NCBI RefSeq assembly: GCF_016432865.1
Contig: NC_067399.1
Location: 108,996,001 to 109,060,000, forward strand
DNA length: 64,000 nucleotides
Source: Antechinus flavipes
Taxonomy: Eukaryota
Reading direction: 5' to 3'
This document shows positions 38,430-49,455 of the stretch, in pieces. Position 1 is the first letter of the stretch. Each line of letters opens with the position of its first letter. The translations under genes and the position numbers were made by a program. The notes below the pieces were generated by a model. The model was not told the DNA's origin. It saw only the letters and a program-made list of their open reading frames with translations, and searched no databases.

Positions 38430-39255
38430 GCTAGTAGAACTGTGAGCAATCTAGCCATTCTGGAGAGCAGTTTGGAACGATGCTCAAAAAATTATCAAAC
38501 TGTGTGTACCCTTTGATCCAGCAGTGTTTCTATTGGCCTATATCCCCAAGAGATCTTAAAGGAAGAAAAGGGACCCACATGTGCAAAAATAATTGTGGCA
38601 GCTCTTTCCATAGTAGCAAAAAAATGGAAACTGAGTGGATGCCCATCAGTTGGAGAATGGCTGAATAAATTATGATATGTGAATGTTATGGAATATTATT
38701 GTTCTATAAGAAACGATCAGGAGGATGATTTTAGATAGGCCTGATGACATTTACTTGAACTGATGCTAAGTGAAGTGAGCAGAACCAGGAGATCATTATA
38801 CACAGCAACATCAATATTATAGGACAATCAATTCTGATGAATGTGACTTTTTTCCAACTGGTATGATTGATACCAATTCCAATGATCTTGTGATGAAGAC
38901 AACTATCTAAATCCAGAGAGAGGACTGTGGGAACTGAATGTGAATCACAACATAACATTCTCACCCTTTTTGTTGTTGTTCACTTGCATTTTGTTTTTTT
39001 ATTCATTTTCTTTCCTTTTTGACCTTATTTTTCTTGTGCAGCAAGAGAATTGTATAAATATATTTACACATATTGTATTTAACATATATTAGATTGCTTG
39101 CCATCTAAGGGAGAGGGTGGGGGCAGGAAGGGAAAATCTGAAACACAAGGCTATGCAAGGATCAATGTTGAAAAATTATCCGTGCATATGTTTTGAAAGC
39201 AAAAAGCTTTTAAAAAGTAAATTAACAAAATCAAAAATAAAATAAAATAAAAAAT
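38430..39255 (+). mobile_element. 5'-truncated, relatively young L1 (ORF2 C-terminus, 3'UTR, A-rich tail)
   Basis: Translates ...KLCVPFDPAVFL...KGPTCAKIIVAAL...WKLSGCPSVGEWLNKL*YVNVMEYYCSIRND; tail aaaataaaataaaataaaaa. Confidence 0.92.
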
Positions 39256-39399
39256 TACTGCCTCTATTATTTACTGTCAGAAGACTTTAGCAAACATTGT
39301 TCCCAGGAAGGGCAGAACCTTCAAAATGTTTCTTTTGCTCTCCCTTCTCCTCCCAATACTGTGTTTTCTCTAATTAATAAAGTTCCAGTTGAACATTTT

Positions 39400-40450
39400 C
39401 CAGAAAAAAATCCATGTCTCTCCATCTCTTCAAAAATCAAGAAATGTATTCAAGAGAATTAAAGAACAACAATAAATGACAGAAAAGATATAAGAAAAAA
39501 CCATCACAAGAAAAACTTCAAAGAAATAACAAAAAGTATTTTTAAAATGTGAGTAAGCAACTCCAAAGAGCCTTCAATACAATGAATAAAAATTATGGGC
39601 AAAAAAACTTAATGCTAATATCCCAGATACAAAGAAAAATGCTGCAATAACAAAACCCCCATAAATGTTTGTGGAAAAACATCAATGATCACCAGAGTGG
39701 TTTATAAGATCAATTAAACATTTGAAGGAAGAAATCAGCATGGAAATGATGATGAAAATTAGAGCTTGCATGGAAAACTTTATATAAAAAATAGAACAGA
39801 TTTTTAGAATAAACAATGGAAAATCTCTAAGAAATTCTAAGAAAAAGACATTGGCTAGTTTCAAACTCAGTTATACAGAGATAGAAGAAAGGATTTCATA
39901 ATAAAATCAAAATATAGCAAGGTTTAAAATCAATCGGAATCTTGTCAACAAAACAAAGCAACTCTAACTTCAATGACAAAATATAAGAGAATATTAAAAT
40001 TATAGGTTTTCTAAAATTAAAAGTTAAAAATATGAATTATACAAGATTCATTAAAAAGGAAAACAAATATAATATTTCAAAAAGCAAATAGCCTATAAAG
40101 TTTTAAGCTTAACCATCACTAAAAATAAAAGGATTTTAGCAAAATGAAGGAATTAAAAGTTCCCACTGAATAATCAATAGGTGATCAGGGTATCACACAT
40201 GCTAATTCATCCAGGAATAGAAGTTGAAGAGAGAATTTTTTTTAAGTCCATATATCATGAAAAGGCTAAGCACAAAAATGAATAGTTTCCTATCTTGAGA
40301 GAAACAAACTAGAAGAAGACAAAGAGAGAGGCAAGGGATGGAATTTTGTATTTTTTGGAAAGAAGTATCAAATAATTTTTGAAAGACCTTCAAAGACAAA
40401 GGAAAATGAGAAAGTTAAGAGACATGATAAAGATGAACAAAGAAAGAGAT
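39400..40450 (+). mobile_element. Degenerate L1-family ORF1 region
   Basis: A-rich coiled-coil-like coding remnant; ttcaatgacaaaatataagagaatattaaaattataggttttcta resembles LENRSRRDNLRIIGLPE. Confidence 0.55.
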
Positions 40451-40949
40451 AAAGCAGCTCCTCCTTAGAAGTTTGAAGGTCATTAAGCAAAGTCCATGAA
40501 GCAGGAATAAGAATTATCCCAAAGGACAAATGGAGAAAGCAGGACAGAGTAGTCAACAATTCTGCTGAGCTGAGCCAGCATGGGAAGAAACATGCAAATC
40601 AACGGTTTCACCAGGTCATTTTTCAGAAGATTCAGTGGGACTTAAAGCACTGTGTACAGGTAGAATGGCAAAACCTAGGTTTTTATCCAAGTCTGTATAC
40701 CTCGCACAGAAGATCACATCTATGGCACAGTCATCATGGGCAGGGTCGTCTGTAATGAAGTAGCTAACACGTTATTGCTTTCTTACATAGAAACTGTCCA
40801 AGTGTCAATGTTGATACCATTACCCATCTTATACTTTCAGTCCCTCAGTGTTCCCTGGTACACCAGGCAGAACACAAAGGAGGCCTATTAGGGAAGAAGC
40901 AAAAAATAACAAGTTCCTCTTCCTTTGAAAATCTGTTAAGGGATTGAAG

Positions 40950-41205
40950 ATACTTTTTCTTTATTTTTCTTATATTTTTGTCTCTTTTTTTCCACAGCAA
41001 TTCTTTCCTGGAATTATGTTTTGTATGACTATATATATGTATGTATATATGTATGTATAGTCTATGTCAAATTGCTTGCCTTCTCAGTGGGGGAGGGAGA
41101 GGGAATAGAAAGGAAGAGAATTTGGAATTCAAAATTTGAAAAGGAGATTGCTAAAATTATTTTCACATATAATTAGGTAAAAATAAAACATTAAAATTTT
41201 TAAAA
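40950..41205 (+). mobile_element. L1-type 3' terminus
   Basis: atgtcaaattgcttgccttctcagtgggggagggagagggaatagaaaggaagagaatttggaattcaaaattt...aaaataaaac. Confidence 0.8.
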
Positions 41206-41269
41206 TAAACAGAATTCTATTGATGGATTACCTTTTTTTGCAAGGGTTAAATAAAGTTTCTCCCCTTTC

Positions 41270-41420
41270 TGACCATAGATAGTCCATAACCTATCTATCT
41301 AAAACTGATTTACTTTTTTGTTGTTGTTTTATGCATTAAAATAACATTATTCTGAGAAGGGTTCCATATATATCACCAGACTACAGTAGACCCCTAGGGT
41401 TCATGACAAACTAATATAGT
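41270..41420 (+). mobile_element. Non-autonomous DNA transposon (hAT-like MITE) fragment
   Basis: tttatgcattaaaataacattattctgagaagggttccata...caccagact...gggttcatgac; second copy at 47150-47320. Confidence 0.55.
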
Positions 41421-41539
41421 ATACTATTATTTTATATTAATTATTATGAATTAAGCAAAAAAAAAATTGGCCCCAGTTACAAGGTAGGTGGAGATCTTGA
41501 AACCTCTGTCATTAGATGAATGGCCACTGAAGTCCAGTT

Positions 41540-42700
41540 GTACTCGGGGTATGGAGGGAATGGAGGAAAAGACAACCAAGTCAAAAAAATGATGGTGAAA
41601 GATAAGGAAATGTTTGTTTTAAGAAATGAGAAGGCCAATCTGGCTTTATCACAGAGTATGGGAGGTAAAGGCTAATGAGGCTGGAAAGATAGATCAAAAT
41701 TAGGTTATCAAGGACTTTCACAGCTAAAGAGGAGTTTATATTTGAACACTGAATGAACAGGGAAACACTGAAGTTAACTGAGTAGGGAAATGATATGTCC
41801 AAATCTGAACTTAAGAAAAATGACTTGGTAGCAATATGTAGTATAGACTAAAGTGGGGAGAAACTGGAGGTGGGAAGATAAATTAGAGCACTGCTACATT
41901 AATTTAGGCAAGTGGTGATGCAAACCTGAATTAAGACAGTGGCTGTGTGAGTAGAAAGGAATCACAAGAGATATTGTGAAGGTAGAAATAATAAATTGAC
42001 AACTCATTGGCTATTCAAGATGAGGGAAAGTAAAGAGCTGAGGATAGTGCCATTATTATGAACCTGGAGATGATGATGTCTTTGACATAGGTAAGAAAAT
42101 TGAGAAGAGGGGAGTGCTTGGGGTAAAGATAATAAGTTCAGATTTAGATATGTTGAGTTTGCGATACCTATGAGACATTCAGTATAAGATACCTAATGAA
42201 TACTTGCTGATCTGGGACCAAATCTCAAGAAAGAGACTTGGGCTGATTATTCAGATTTGGGAGTCATCTGTATAAAAATGATAGTTAACCCCATGGGAGC
42301 TGATGAAGTCCTCAAGACAGTAAATATAAAGAAGAATACAGCTTGAGGAAGACCCATAGTTAGGGTGTCTATGTGTATAAACCAGCAAAGGAGATTGAGA
42401 TAGTAAGGTCTCACAAATGGGAGGTAAATCAGTATACAATAATGTCACAAACACCCTGAAACTTAAGAATATCCAGGAGAAAAAAGTAATCAATCATGTC
42501 TAATATGACAGAAAGAGAAAGAATGGTGAGGATTGAGAAAGACCATCAGATTTAGCAAATGAGAAATCAGTGATAACTTTGGAGAAAGATGTTTCAGTTG
42601 AGTGATGAGATATAAAATCAAATTACTAGGATTTAGAATTAGAGAGAAAATATCTTTCATCCTGATATTTTTTATGTTAACTATATTTGATAGCTTAGGA
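41540..42700 (-). mobile_element. L2 LINE, ~1.2 kb
   Basis: Purine-rich antisense L2 body (aaggactttcacagctaaagaggagtttatattt...gatatgttgagtttgcgatacc...gaccatcagatttagcaaatgagaaatcagtgataactttggagaaag). Confidence 0.85.
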
Positions 42701-43329
42701 ACTCCAAAGGTTTCCATTTGACCCTGTGCACAACTATTGAGAAAGAAATAAAGGTACTACTGATTCACAAGATCTTGATATCCCTATTTTCATGAGTCTA
42801 TTCTTTATTACTGCATAAAAAGTGGAGTATCTTGATGGATTTGTTATAGGTTCCCAGTAAGAAAACAACTTGATTCCTGGCGTCCCCTTGAATCCAATTC
42901 AAATGGAGCAGAACTTTGGGGAAAGGATTCAATAATAATGATTGATTAATTTGTTATCACATTTAAAAGTTTCCTCACCAACAGTTGCTAGTAGTTATGC
43001 TAACAGCCCCTAATGATGTCTAAGTATGCTTAATATATATTTATTCAATAACTGAAGTATGAGATTTGAAAATAAAATAAGTCAAGCAACTCCTCAAGCT
43101 ACAAATATATTCCTCTTCAGGCATTTAGCCAGTTGTTGGAAATAGCCATAATAAATAGACACACTTTTTTCCCCATAAAATCTTTGTGGATCTTTAAAAA
43201 AAAAAAAAGATATACTCAAAGGCAGACATTAATTTTCAGAATAATTGTATAATACACTAAATAAACTCACTGGTTTCCTTTGATCTGTAGGAGCAATTAA
43301 ATGACTGGCATATTTAAAGCGCTCCACAA

Positions 43330-43720
43330 TCTATACATATTTTCCATTTCCAACATTATTATACATTGCTAACTTTACAAACATTAGTTTGGCCAAATTG
43401 GCCTTCTTGTTTATTACACGTATCACTCCATCTCCCCTGTCCATCCCATCGCCCTTGCTGAATTTCCAATGTTCTCTGACTTTTCAAATCCTTAACATAT
43501 TTTAAAGCTCAATCTCATCTTCTACAGGAAGTCCTCTTACCTACTATCTTTCCCTGAAAATCACTTTGTTTCTATATTGTATTACTTAAATATAGCCTAA
43601 AAGTAGTCTCCCCTTGTAAATGATAAGTTTTTCAAGAACATGAATGATCATTTTTGTCATTCTATCTATTCCTATTGCTCAGCATAGTGCAAAGTAGGCC
43701 CCTGAAAAATAACTGATTTT
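43330..43720 (+). mobile_element. L2 3' fragment
   Basis: ggccaaattggccttcttgtt...aaagctcaatctc...ttctacaggaagtc...gctcagcatagtgc...aactgatttt. Confidence 0.6.
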
Positions 43721-43911
43721 GTGTTGAAACTTTCTAGACTTTTAGGGAACTCTCTGAGGATTTATTTTTATTGGGGCAACTAAGTTTGTTAGCGTATCAG
43801 GAATGAATGTGCTCTTAGTCTTTGTCTTTTTTTAGGTGGTTGAGATGGGGATTTATTCCCAACAGGTCTTGTAAAGATGAAATCCTCTTTCAGTCACCTT
43901 GAAGACTATAG

Positions 43912-44230
43912 GTCTCAGTTAATCAATAAACATTTATTTAGAGCCTACAAGAGCCTACTATATGCCAGGCTCTATACTAAATGCTGGTGATAAGAAAAGA
44001 AGCAAAAGACAGTCCCTGCTCTGATGGGAAAGACAACAAGCAAACAAATGCAAAAGAATAAGGTATAAACACGAGAGAGAGAAAGTTATTTAAAAAAAGA
44101 ACTAGGATTTAGAAAGGTTAGAAAAGCCTTCCTGGAGAAAATGGGATGCTAATTGGGATTTGAAGGAAACTAGGGATGTTTTTAGGAAGATGAAAAAGGA
44201 GAACATTCCAGCTTGGATTATAAACAGAGA
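43912..44230 (-). mobile_element. L2 3' end
   Basis: tcagttaatcaataaacatttatttagagcc...ctactatatgccaggctctatactaaatgctgg...aaaagacagtccctgctc. Confidence 0.85.
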
Positions 44231-44394
44231 ATTTCACAACTATACAAGTATGGGATGATCAAATTAGTGAAATCTGAATAGGAGGTTGGAACGATTGTGG
44301 ATTGGGCAAATATGCTGACAATACAGGTACACATTCTGGCAATGGAGGAGAGGAAGAAGATAGCCCACTTCTATCATCGTGGGTAGACAGAGGT

Positions 44395-44585
44395 GTATGA
44401 CTCTACGTCCTGGGCAGTGGCCAGTCATCTTGACCTTTGTCTTGCCACTGGCCTCTGATTGCCCTGGAAGAGAAAGCAAGGCTGACAACACTGTGCTCTG
44501 TCTCACTCAAATCCAATTCTCTCTCGTCAAGACATTATCCTCCTGATGTCACTGGAACTTTTCAACAACAAAGGACAAACAACAA
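44395..44585 (-). mobile_element. Marsupial RTE-related repeat (RTE 5' end or WALLSI/RTE-SINE-like)
   Basis: cagtcatcttgacctttgtcttgccactggcctctgattgccctggaagagaaagcaaggctgacaac...cactcaaatccaattc...gacattatcctcctgatgtcactgg...aaaggacaaacaacaa; family name uncertain. Confidence 0.6.
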
Positions 44586-45093
44586 TATCCATTGATTGAA
44601 AGGGTCATCATATTTCACATCCTTGGAGGACTTCAAGAACATAAAAGGCCCCTTTATTTGTTTTTATGGGTACAGACCCATGATTTCATCTTTATAGGAA
44701 ATTCTGGACATAGTATCTCTGTCTATCAAAGCAGATGACCAACTATCTTTAGGAGTCTCAAATAGCTGCCTAGGACCCTATGGGCTTAAAAAAAAACTTA
44801 CTTATAGTCACACAAATAATATGGATCCGAGGCAGAGATTAACTACCAACCATCCCTGTATTCATGAAAATAAGCTGCCCACAGATGAGAAGGTAAACTG
44901 TTTTCTCTGGCAAACTGACCTGTGTCTATTTTCGTTGTAAGAAAGAAATGCACTGCTCATTACCAGACAGAAACAGACATCTCTCTATCATACCTGCAAT
45001 CTAAGGTATGATAGTTTACAGTATTATAGTTTAAAACTAAGAGTTCAAAAAGAACACAATAAAGCACAAAAATATGATATGGGCACATGTGCG

Positions 45094-45124
<31 letters not shown>
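45094..45124. repeat. (CA)n microsatellite
   Basis: Direct reading of sequence. Confidence 0.95.
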
Positions 45125-45129
<5 letters not shown>

Positions 45130-45971
45130 TTCCTTTCACCAAGATACCCCCACCTCCATCCCCAAAGACCTTCAAAGGGAATGTTCCAGAATGGCCTTCA
45201 TTGAGTTCCCTTTGTAGTGGCTACACTCTATTGATTATGTGTTGAGGGACCTTGCTGATTCATTGGGTCCTCTTGAAAGCAGCACCTTCAGGTTGAAAGG
45301 GAAACATTCAAGGAGCCAGCAGGCTCTAATTACTAATAGTTGTTCTTTCTGATTTAGTAATGCTTGTTGGGTGCAGGGAGGGGCAGTAAGCAGAGCCAGG
45401 ATCTTCGAGGAAGCCAATTGAAAACAAGGCACTAAGAAAAGTCACTGAAAATGTCAGCCAGTCCAATGCAAAAAGGTCCAGGGTGTAGCAAAAACACAGC
45501 ATATACTTTTTCATCTATGCAATCTGACCCTGGGCCCACTGCCATAATCTTTTTAAGGTTAGTGGTGGGAAAACTGCCTCCTGAATGTTTGCAGAGGTCT
45601 GCTAACATCCTGTGCCGAGGAACCCTAAACCTCAGGTACTATTTCAGAGGAAATGGACAGTACAAAACACAGACTGAAAATTAACCACAGCAGACCCTGG
45701 GCCTAAATCAGTTCCACTAGCCTTTCTGAAATCACTTAAAGGCTGAGGTGGTTGGGGGGTGGGGAGGGGTGTTTTTCCACCTTGGACCCTTGCCCAAACA
45801 TTTTAATAGGTACAACAGAAGGAGAAAAAGAAAGAGAGACAGAGACAGAGGGGAAGCAAAAGGCAAAAAAAAGAGAGAGAAAGAAAGAAAAAACTATTTA
45901 GCTAAGCAATTTAAAAATTCTTTGCAAAAATAATAAAAAAAAAAACAGTTTAACAAAATTGCAGCTGTAGC

Positions 45972-46159
45972 NNNNNNNNNNNNNNNNNNNNNNNNNNNNN
46001 NNNNNNNNNNNNNNNNNNNNNNNNNNNNNNNNNNNNNNNNNNNNNNNNNNNNNNNNNNNNNNNNNNNNNNNNNNNNNNNNNNNNNNNNNNNNNNNNNNNN
46101 NNNNNNNNNNNNNNNNNNNNNNNNNNNNNNNNNNNNNNNNNNNNNNNNNNNNNNNNNNN
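45972..46159. other. Assembly gap or masked run, 188 N
   Basis: Run of N. Confidence 0.99.
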
Positions 46160-46493
46160 GATTACACGGCAATACAAGAAAAATGTGCTGTATGTTGTCT
46201 ATTATTAAAGCTGCTTTTGGGCCCTGTGTGGGGTGCCTAAGGGATTTTAATAAAAAATTAGTAATAGCCAGGCTGCTCTGGCTCACGGTGGCTTTTGGGG
46301 AGTATTGGTGGGTTCCAGGCTGCCCTGCCGTGCAAATTAAGTCATTGCAGACAAGCAGCCTCAGAAAGTGTTATGTGATAGCTAAGTTCAAATGGGGCAT
46401 TTCTGCTTTAAAAGGACACAGACCCCTGCTGGAGGCCAATTCAGAGTTTCAAAGAAGCAATAAAATTTCATCAGGAAGAAAGGGGGTGGGGAG

Positions 46494-46495
<2 letters not shown>

Positions 46496-46537
<42 letters not shown>
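46496..46537. repeat. (AC)n microsatellite
   Basis: Direct reading of sequence. Confidence 0.95.
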
Positions 46538-46539
<2 letters not shown>

Positions 46540-47149
46540 CTATTTGGGGTTTTCAAGTCTTTGATTATGCCTGGCAAATAGAGATCCAAGTCCATAAACT
46601 CTGAGCACATAAAATATTGAGGGACCTGAAGATAACTGCAGAAAAAGCAACTGTTAACCCAGCTTCTTTTTCCCCCTTACAAATGTTAACTCTATAACTC
46701 TCTTGATATTGATGTAGTGTTATTAATAATATTGGCCTTATTGCTAATATCACCACTGGGCCCATGGCATGACCACATATATTCAAGCCATGAAACATTA
46801 ACAAAAGTTCACCCTGATTAAGAAATCAAGACCATAAATCTACATTCTTTCTAGGTTGGAAGTATCTCGTGCAAAAATTGCTTTCTGCAAGTCTCTATGA
46901 AGAGAAAATTGCTCAGGTTTCTCCCCCCTCCAAGTGGAGCACACAGGTCTCATGTTTGGAACCTGATGTCATAAAGCAATATATCCTTAGTCTAGTCTTA
47001 ATTCCAAAATGAATCATCCTCGAGTCAGATCAGAACTGTGGAGGATACCATACCATTCAGATGGGGATGTCTATAGAACATAGTCCTACTCCCCTTTCCA
47101 CCACCTCCAAATAATTATCCCTTAAATATCCTATAAGTAGCTAAATGAA

Positions 47150-47320
47150 TAAATTTCAAGGAGTCCGTGAATTGGATGGGAAAAAGTATCTCATTTTAAC
47201 TAAAATTCATCATTTTCACCAACTTCTAACTAAAATTTACTATTTAATTCCAGTATTTAAAATATTCTTGAGAAAGATTCCATAGATTTCACCAGACTGC
47301 CTGAGGGATCAATGACCAAA
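47150..47320 (+). mobile_element. hAT-like MITE fragment, same family as 41270-41420
   Basis: tttaaaatattcttgagaaagattccatagatttcaccagactgcctgagggatcaatgaccaaaaaag. Confidence 0.55.
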
Positions 47321-47736
47321 AAAGATTGTGTTAGTGAATTCTAGTGAGTGTCTGAAAATTTTGCTTGTTGGAATTTCATTCCTTTAAACTTAAAAGTTTT
47401 GATCCTTGTTTAAAAGTGAATGTCTCTCAGAAATGTAAAGTTTTAAACGTTATCAATGAAAATGATCTTAGAGAATATTTTGATGCCGGATGAGAAAAGA
47501 TGCCATAAGGGGACCAAATCTTGGGAGGGAAGAGGAGAAGCAAAAGGTTGTTGGGTTTTCCAATGACAAATTTCCTCCAAATCACTATTTTACCCAGAAG
47601 CACCCTTGACTAGCAAAAGATAACAAATTTCTTATAAGCGTAGTTTAGGTTAGAGGCTTTCTGTTCAGATGCAAAGGCAAGAACCAGAATCAAGAACTTC
47701 TGAAAATTACTTTATGGTCACAATGTTTCAGTTTTA

Positions 47737-48013
47737 CAGAGGTCCCACAGGCCAATTGTGGCAGCTGAGGACTATTTATCCCCCCTCACCCAGGGCTATG
47801 AAGTTTCTTTATTTAAAGGCTCACAAAACAAAGTTTTTGTTTTTACTATAGTCCGGCCCTCCAACAATCTAAGGGACAGTGGCTATTAACTTTATTGCAA
47901 CTATTATCAACATGAAGCCTCCTGCAATATTCCAATATCAAACACCATTGTTTGTCTGATCTGTAATAATTAAAGCAGTTTAAGGACCTATTTAAAAAGT
48001 TTGAGGACCCCTG
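47737..48013 (+). mobile_element. OC1 (OposCharlie1)-type non-autonomous hAT transposon with internal insertion
   Basis: ggcagctgaggactatttatccccctcacccagggctatgaagtttctttatttaaaggctcacaaaacaaagtttttgtttttactatagtccggccctccaacaatctaagggacagtg ... cctatttaaaaagtttgaggacccctg; intact right TIR, damaged left TIR cagaggtcc; family from recalled consensus. Confidence 0.8.
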
Positions 48014-49269
48014 CATAGGAATCAATCACAGAGCAGGTTTCCATTGGCTGTGGTCAAACAATTCATAGTCCTGAATCACAGGCCCAGATTATTCCCTGGT
48101 TTATACCAAGGTGAAAACAAAAGAAGAAAGACTAGAAAAAAGGGAATTAAAAAAAAATAGTAGACTAAATGGTGGCTGGAAAGGTAAAGCTGTCAAAATG
48201 GTGATGTTTTTTCGAAGGTGGCTGTTCCTCTCAGCCACAGAAAGTCTTGATAATGCTGACCTTTGTTCAGAGCTACCAAGAAGAAGATGTTAACAGGTAA
48301 GTCTTAGTTTTTTCAGCACCTTGCTCTGGATTGGTTATATCTCTTATTGCAGGTTTAAAAAACAACTACCACCTTGTGGCAGTGACTAATGTTTTGTAAT
48401 GTGGCAACAACGCCAGTGTCAAAACATACTGTGCAATCTCTTCTTGTACTGATAATGCTTTACATCTTTTTTGTTTTTATAAGTGAGGTGCTCTGCATTT
48501 CAGAAAGTACATAGTGATGAGCGATAAGGACACTTCAGCTATGCCTCTTTTACTCAGGCTATTGGGGCTGAGTTCTGAAATCTGTATGCATCCTGGATCT
48601 TCACCCCAAAATAATTAAATAACAGTAAAAAAAATTAAGAGCCATTCTAATAATACATTTTAATCTGTTTTATACAGATTTTTAAAGGCTAATTTTAAAG
48701 CTTTTCTATATAATTTAGGGATTTTTCAAGGTTTCCCTAAGCAAAGAGGACATAAATACAATTAACTCTCTAAACTGAAGTTTCTTCCATGACCAATGTT
48801 GCCTACCAGAATATGGAATCTTTGCATGGAATTATTTAGGAGCTTCTTTACATTTTTATATTCAATATCAAGATAAAAATATGAAAAATTCCTGTCTGGT
48901 AATATACTGACAAAACTTTTGTCAAAGCATCCTGTGTAATATATTCCAGCATCTTTCTTCTAGTATTATTATGAGGACTGAGATAATATTTTAAAGCATT
49001 TTGCAAACTTTAATGTGTTATATAAATGTTAATTCTTAGTTTATACCAGATAGGAATTATTACAAATATCACATCACATCTTTTTTCTTTTATACTATCG
49101 GTATTCTGTTTCATCATTTAGTTTTTTCATATATACATATATACACATATATATACATACATACGTATTAATATCTATCCTTTTTTTTATTTTCCCCCAA
49201 TTACATGATAAAACAATTTGGTTTGTTTGTTTTTATAAGGGATCAAAACAAAGGGGAAAACATAAAGTT

Positions 49270-49455
49270 CATGGATCATGATTTTAGTAAGACCTTTAAA
49301 AGAAATCTTATCTAATCCTTTCTTTTTACAGATGAAAAACTAAAGCTTAAAAAGGTTCTATGACTTATCCTCCAGTCACAGAAGAAGAATACAGAGCTGA
49401 GCCAGATTCTGAACCCTGGCCATCTGAACACTGGACCGTGATACCTCCCATATAC
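49270..49455 (-). mobile_element. MIR3 SINE
   Basis: ttttagtaagacctttaaaagaaatcttatctaatccttt...tttttacagatgaaaaactaaagc...gccagattctgaaccctgg. Confidence 0.75.

Noticed and set aside
38480-38668. ORFs within L1/L2/RTE/SINE remnants (also 29428-29655, 20639-20821, 24767-25030, 26279-26494)
   Set aside because: They are retroelement pseudo-ORFs or off-frame translations, not host genes.
45746-45770. G-rich run as a G-quadruplex
   Set aside because: It has only three clear G3+ tracts, which is common in this genome.
46183-46581. 132-aa ORF next to gap 3
   Set aside because: It starts at TTG, runs into an (AC)n repeat and has no recognisable domain; the segment is better explained as a non-coding element.
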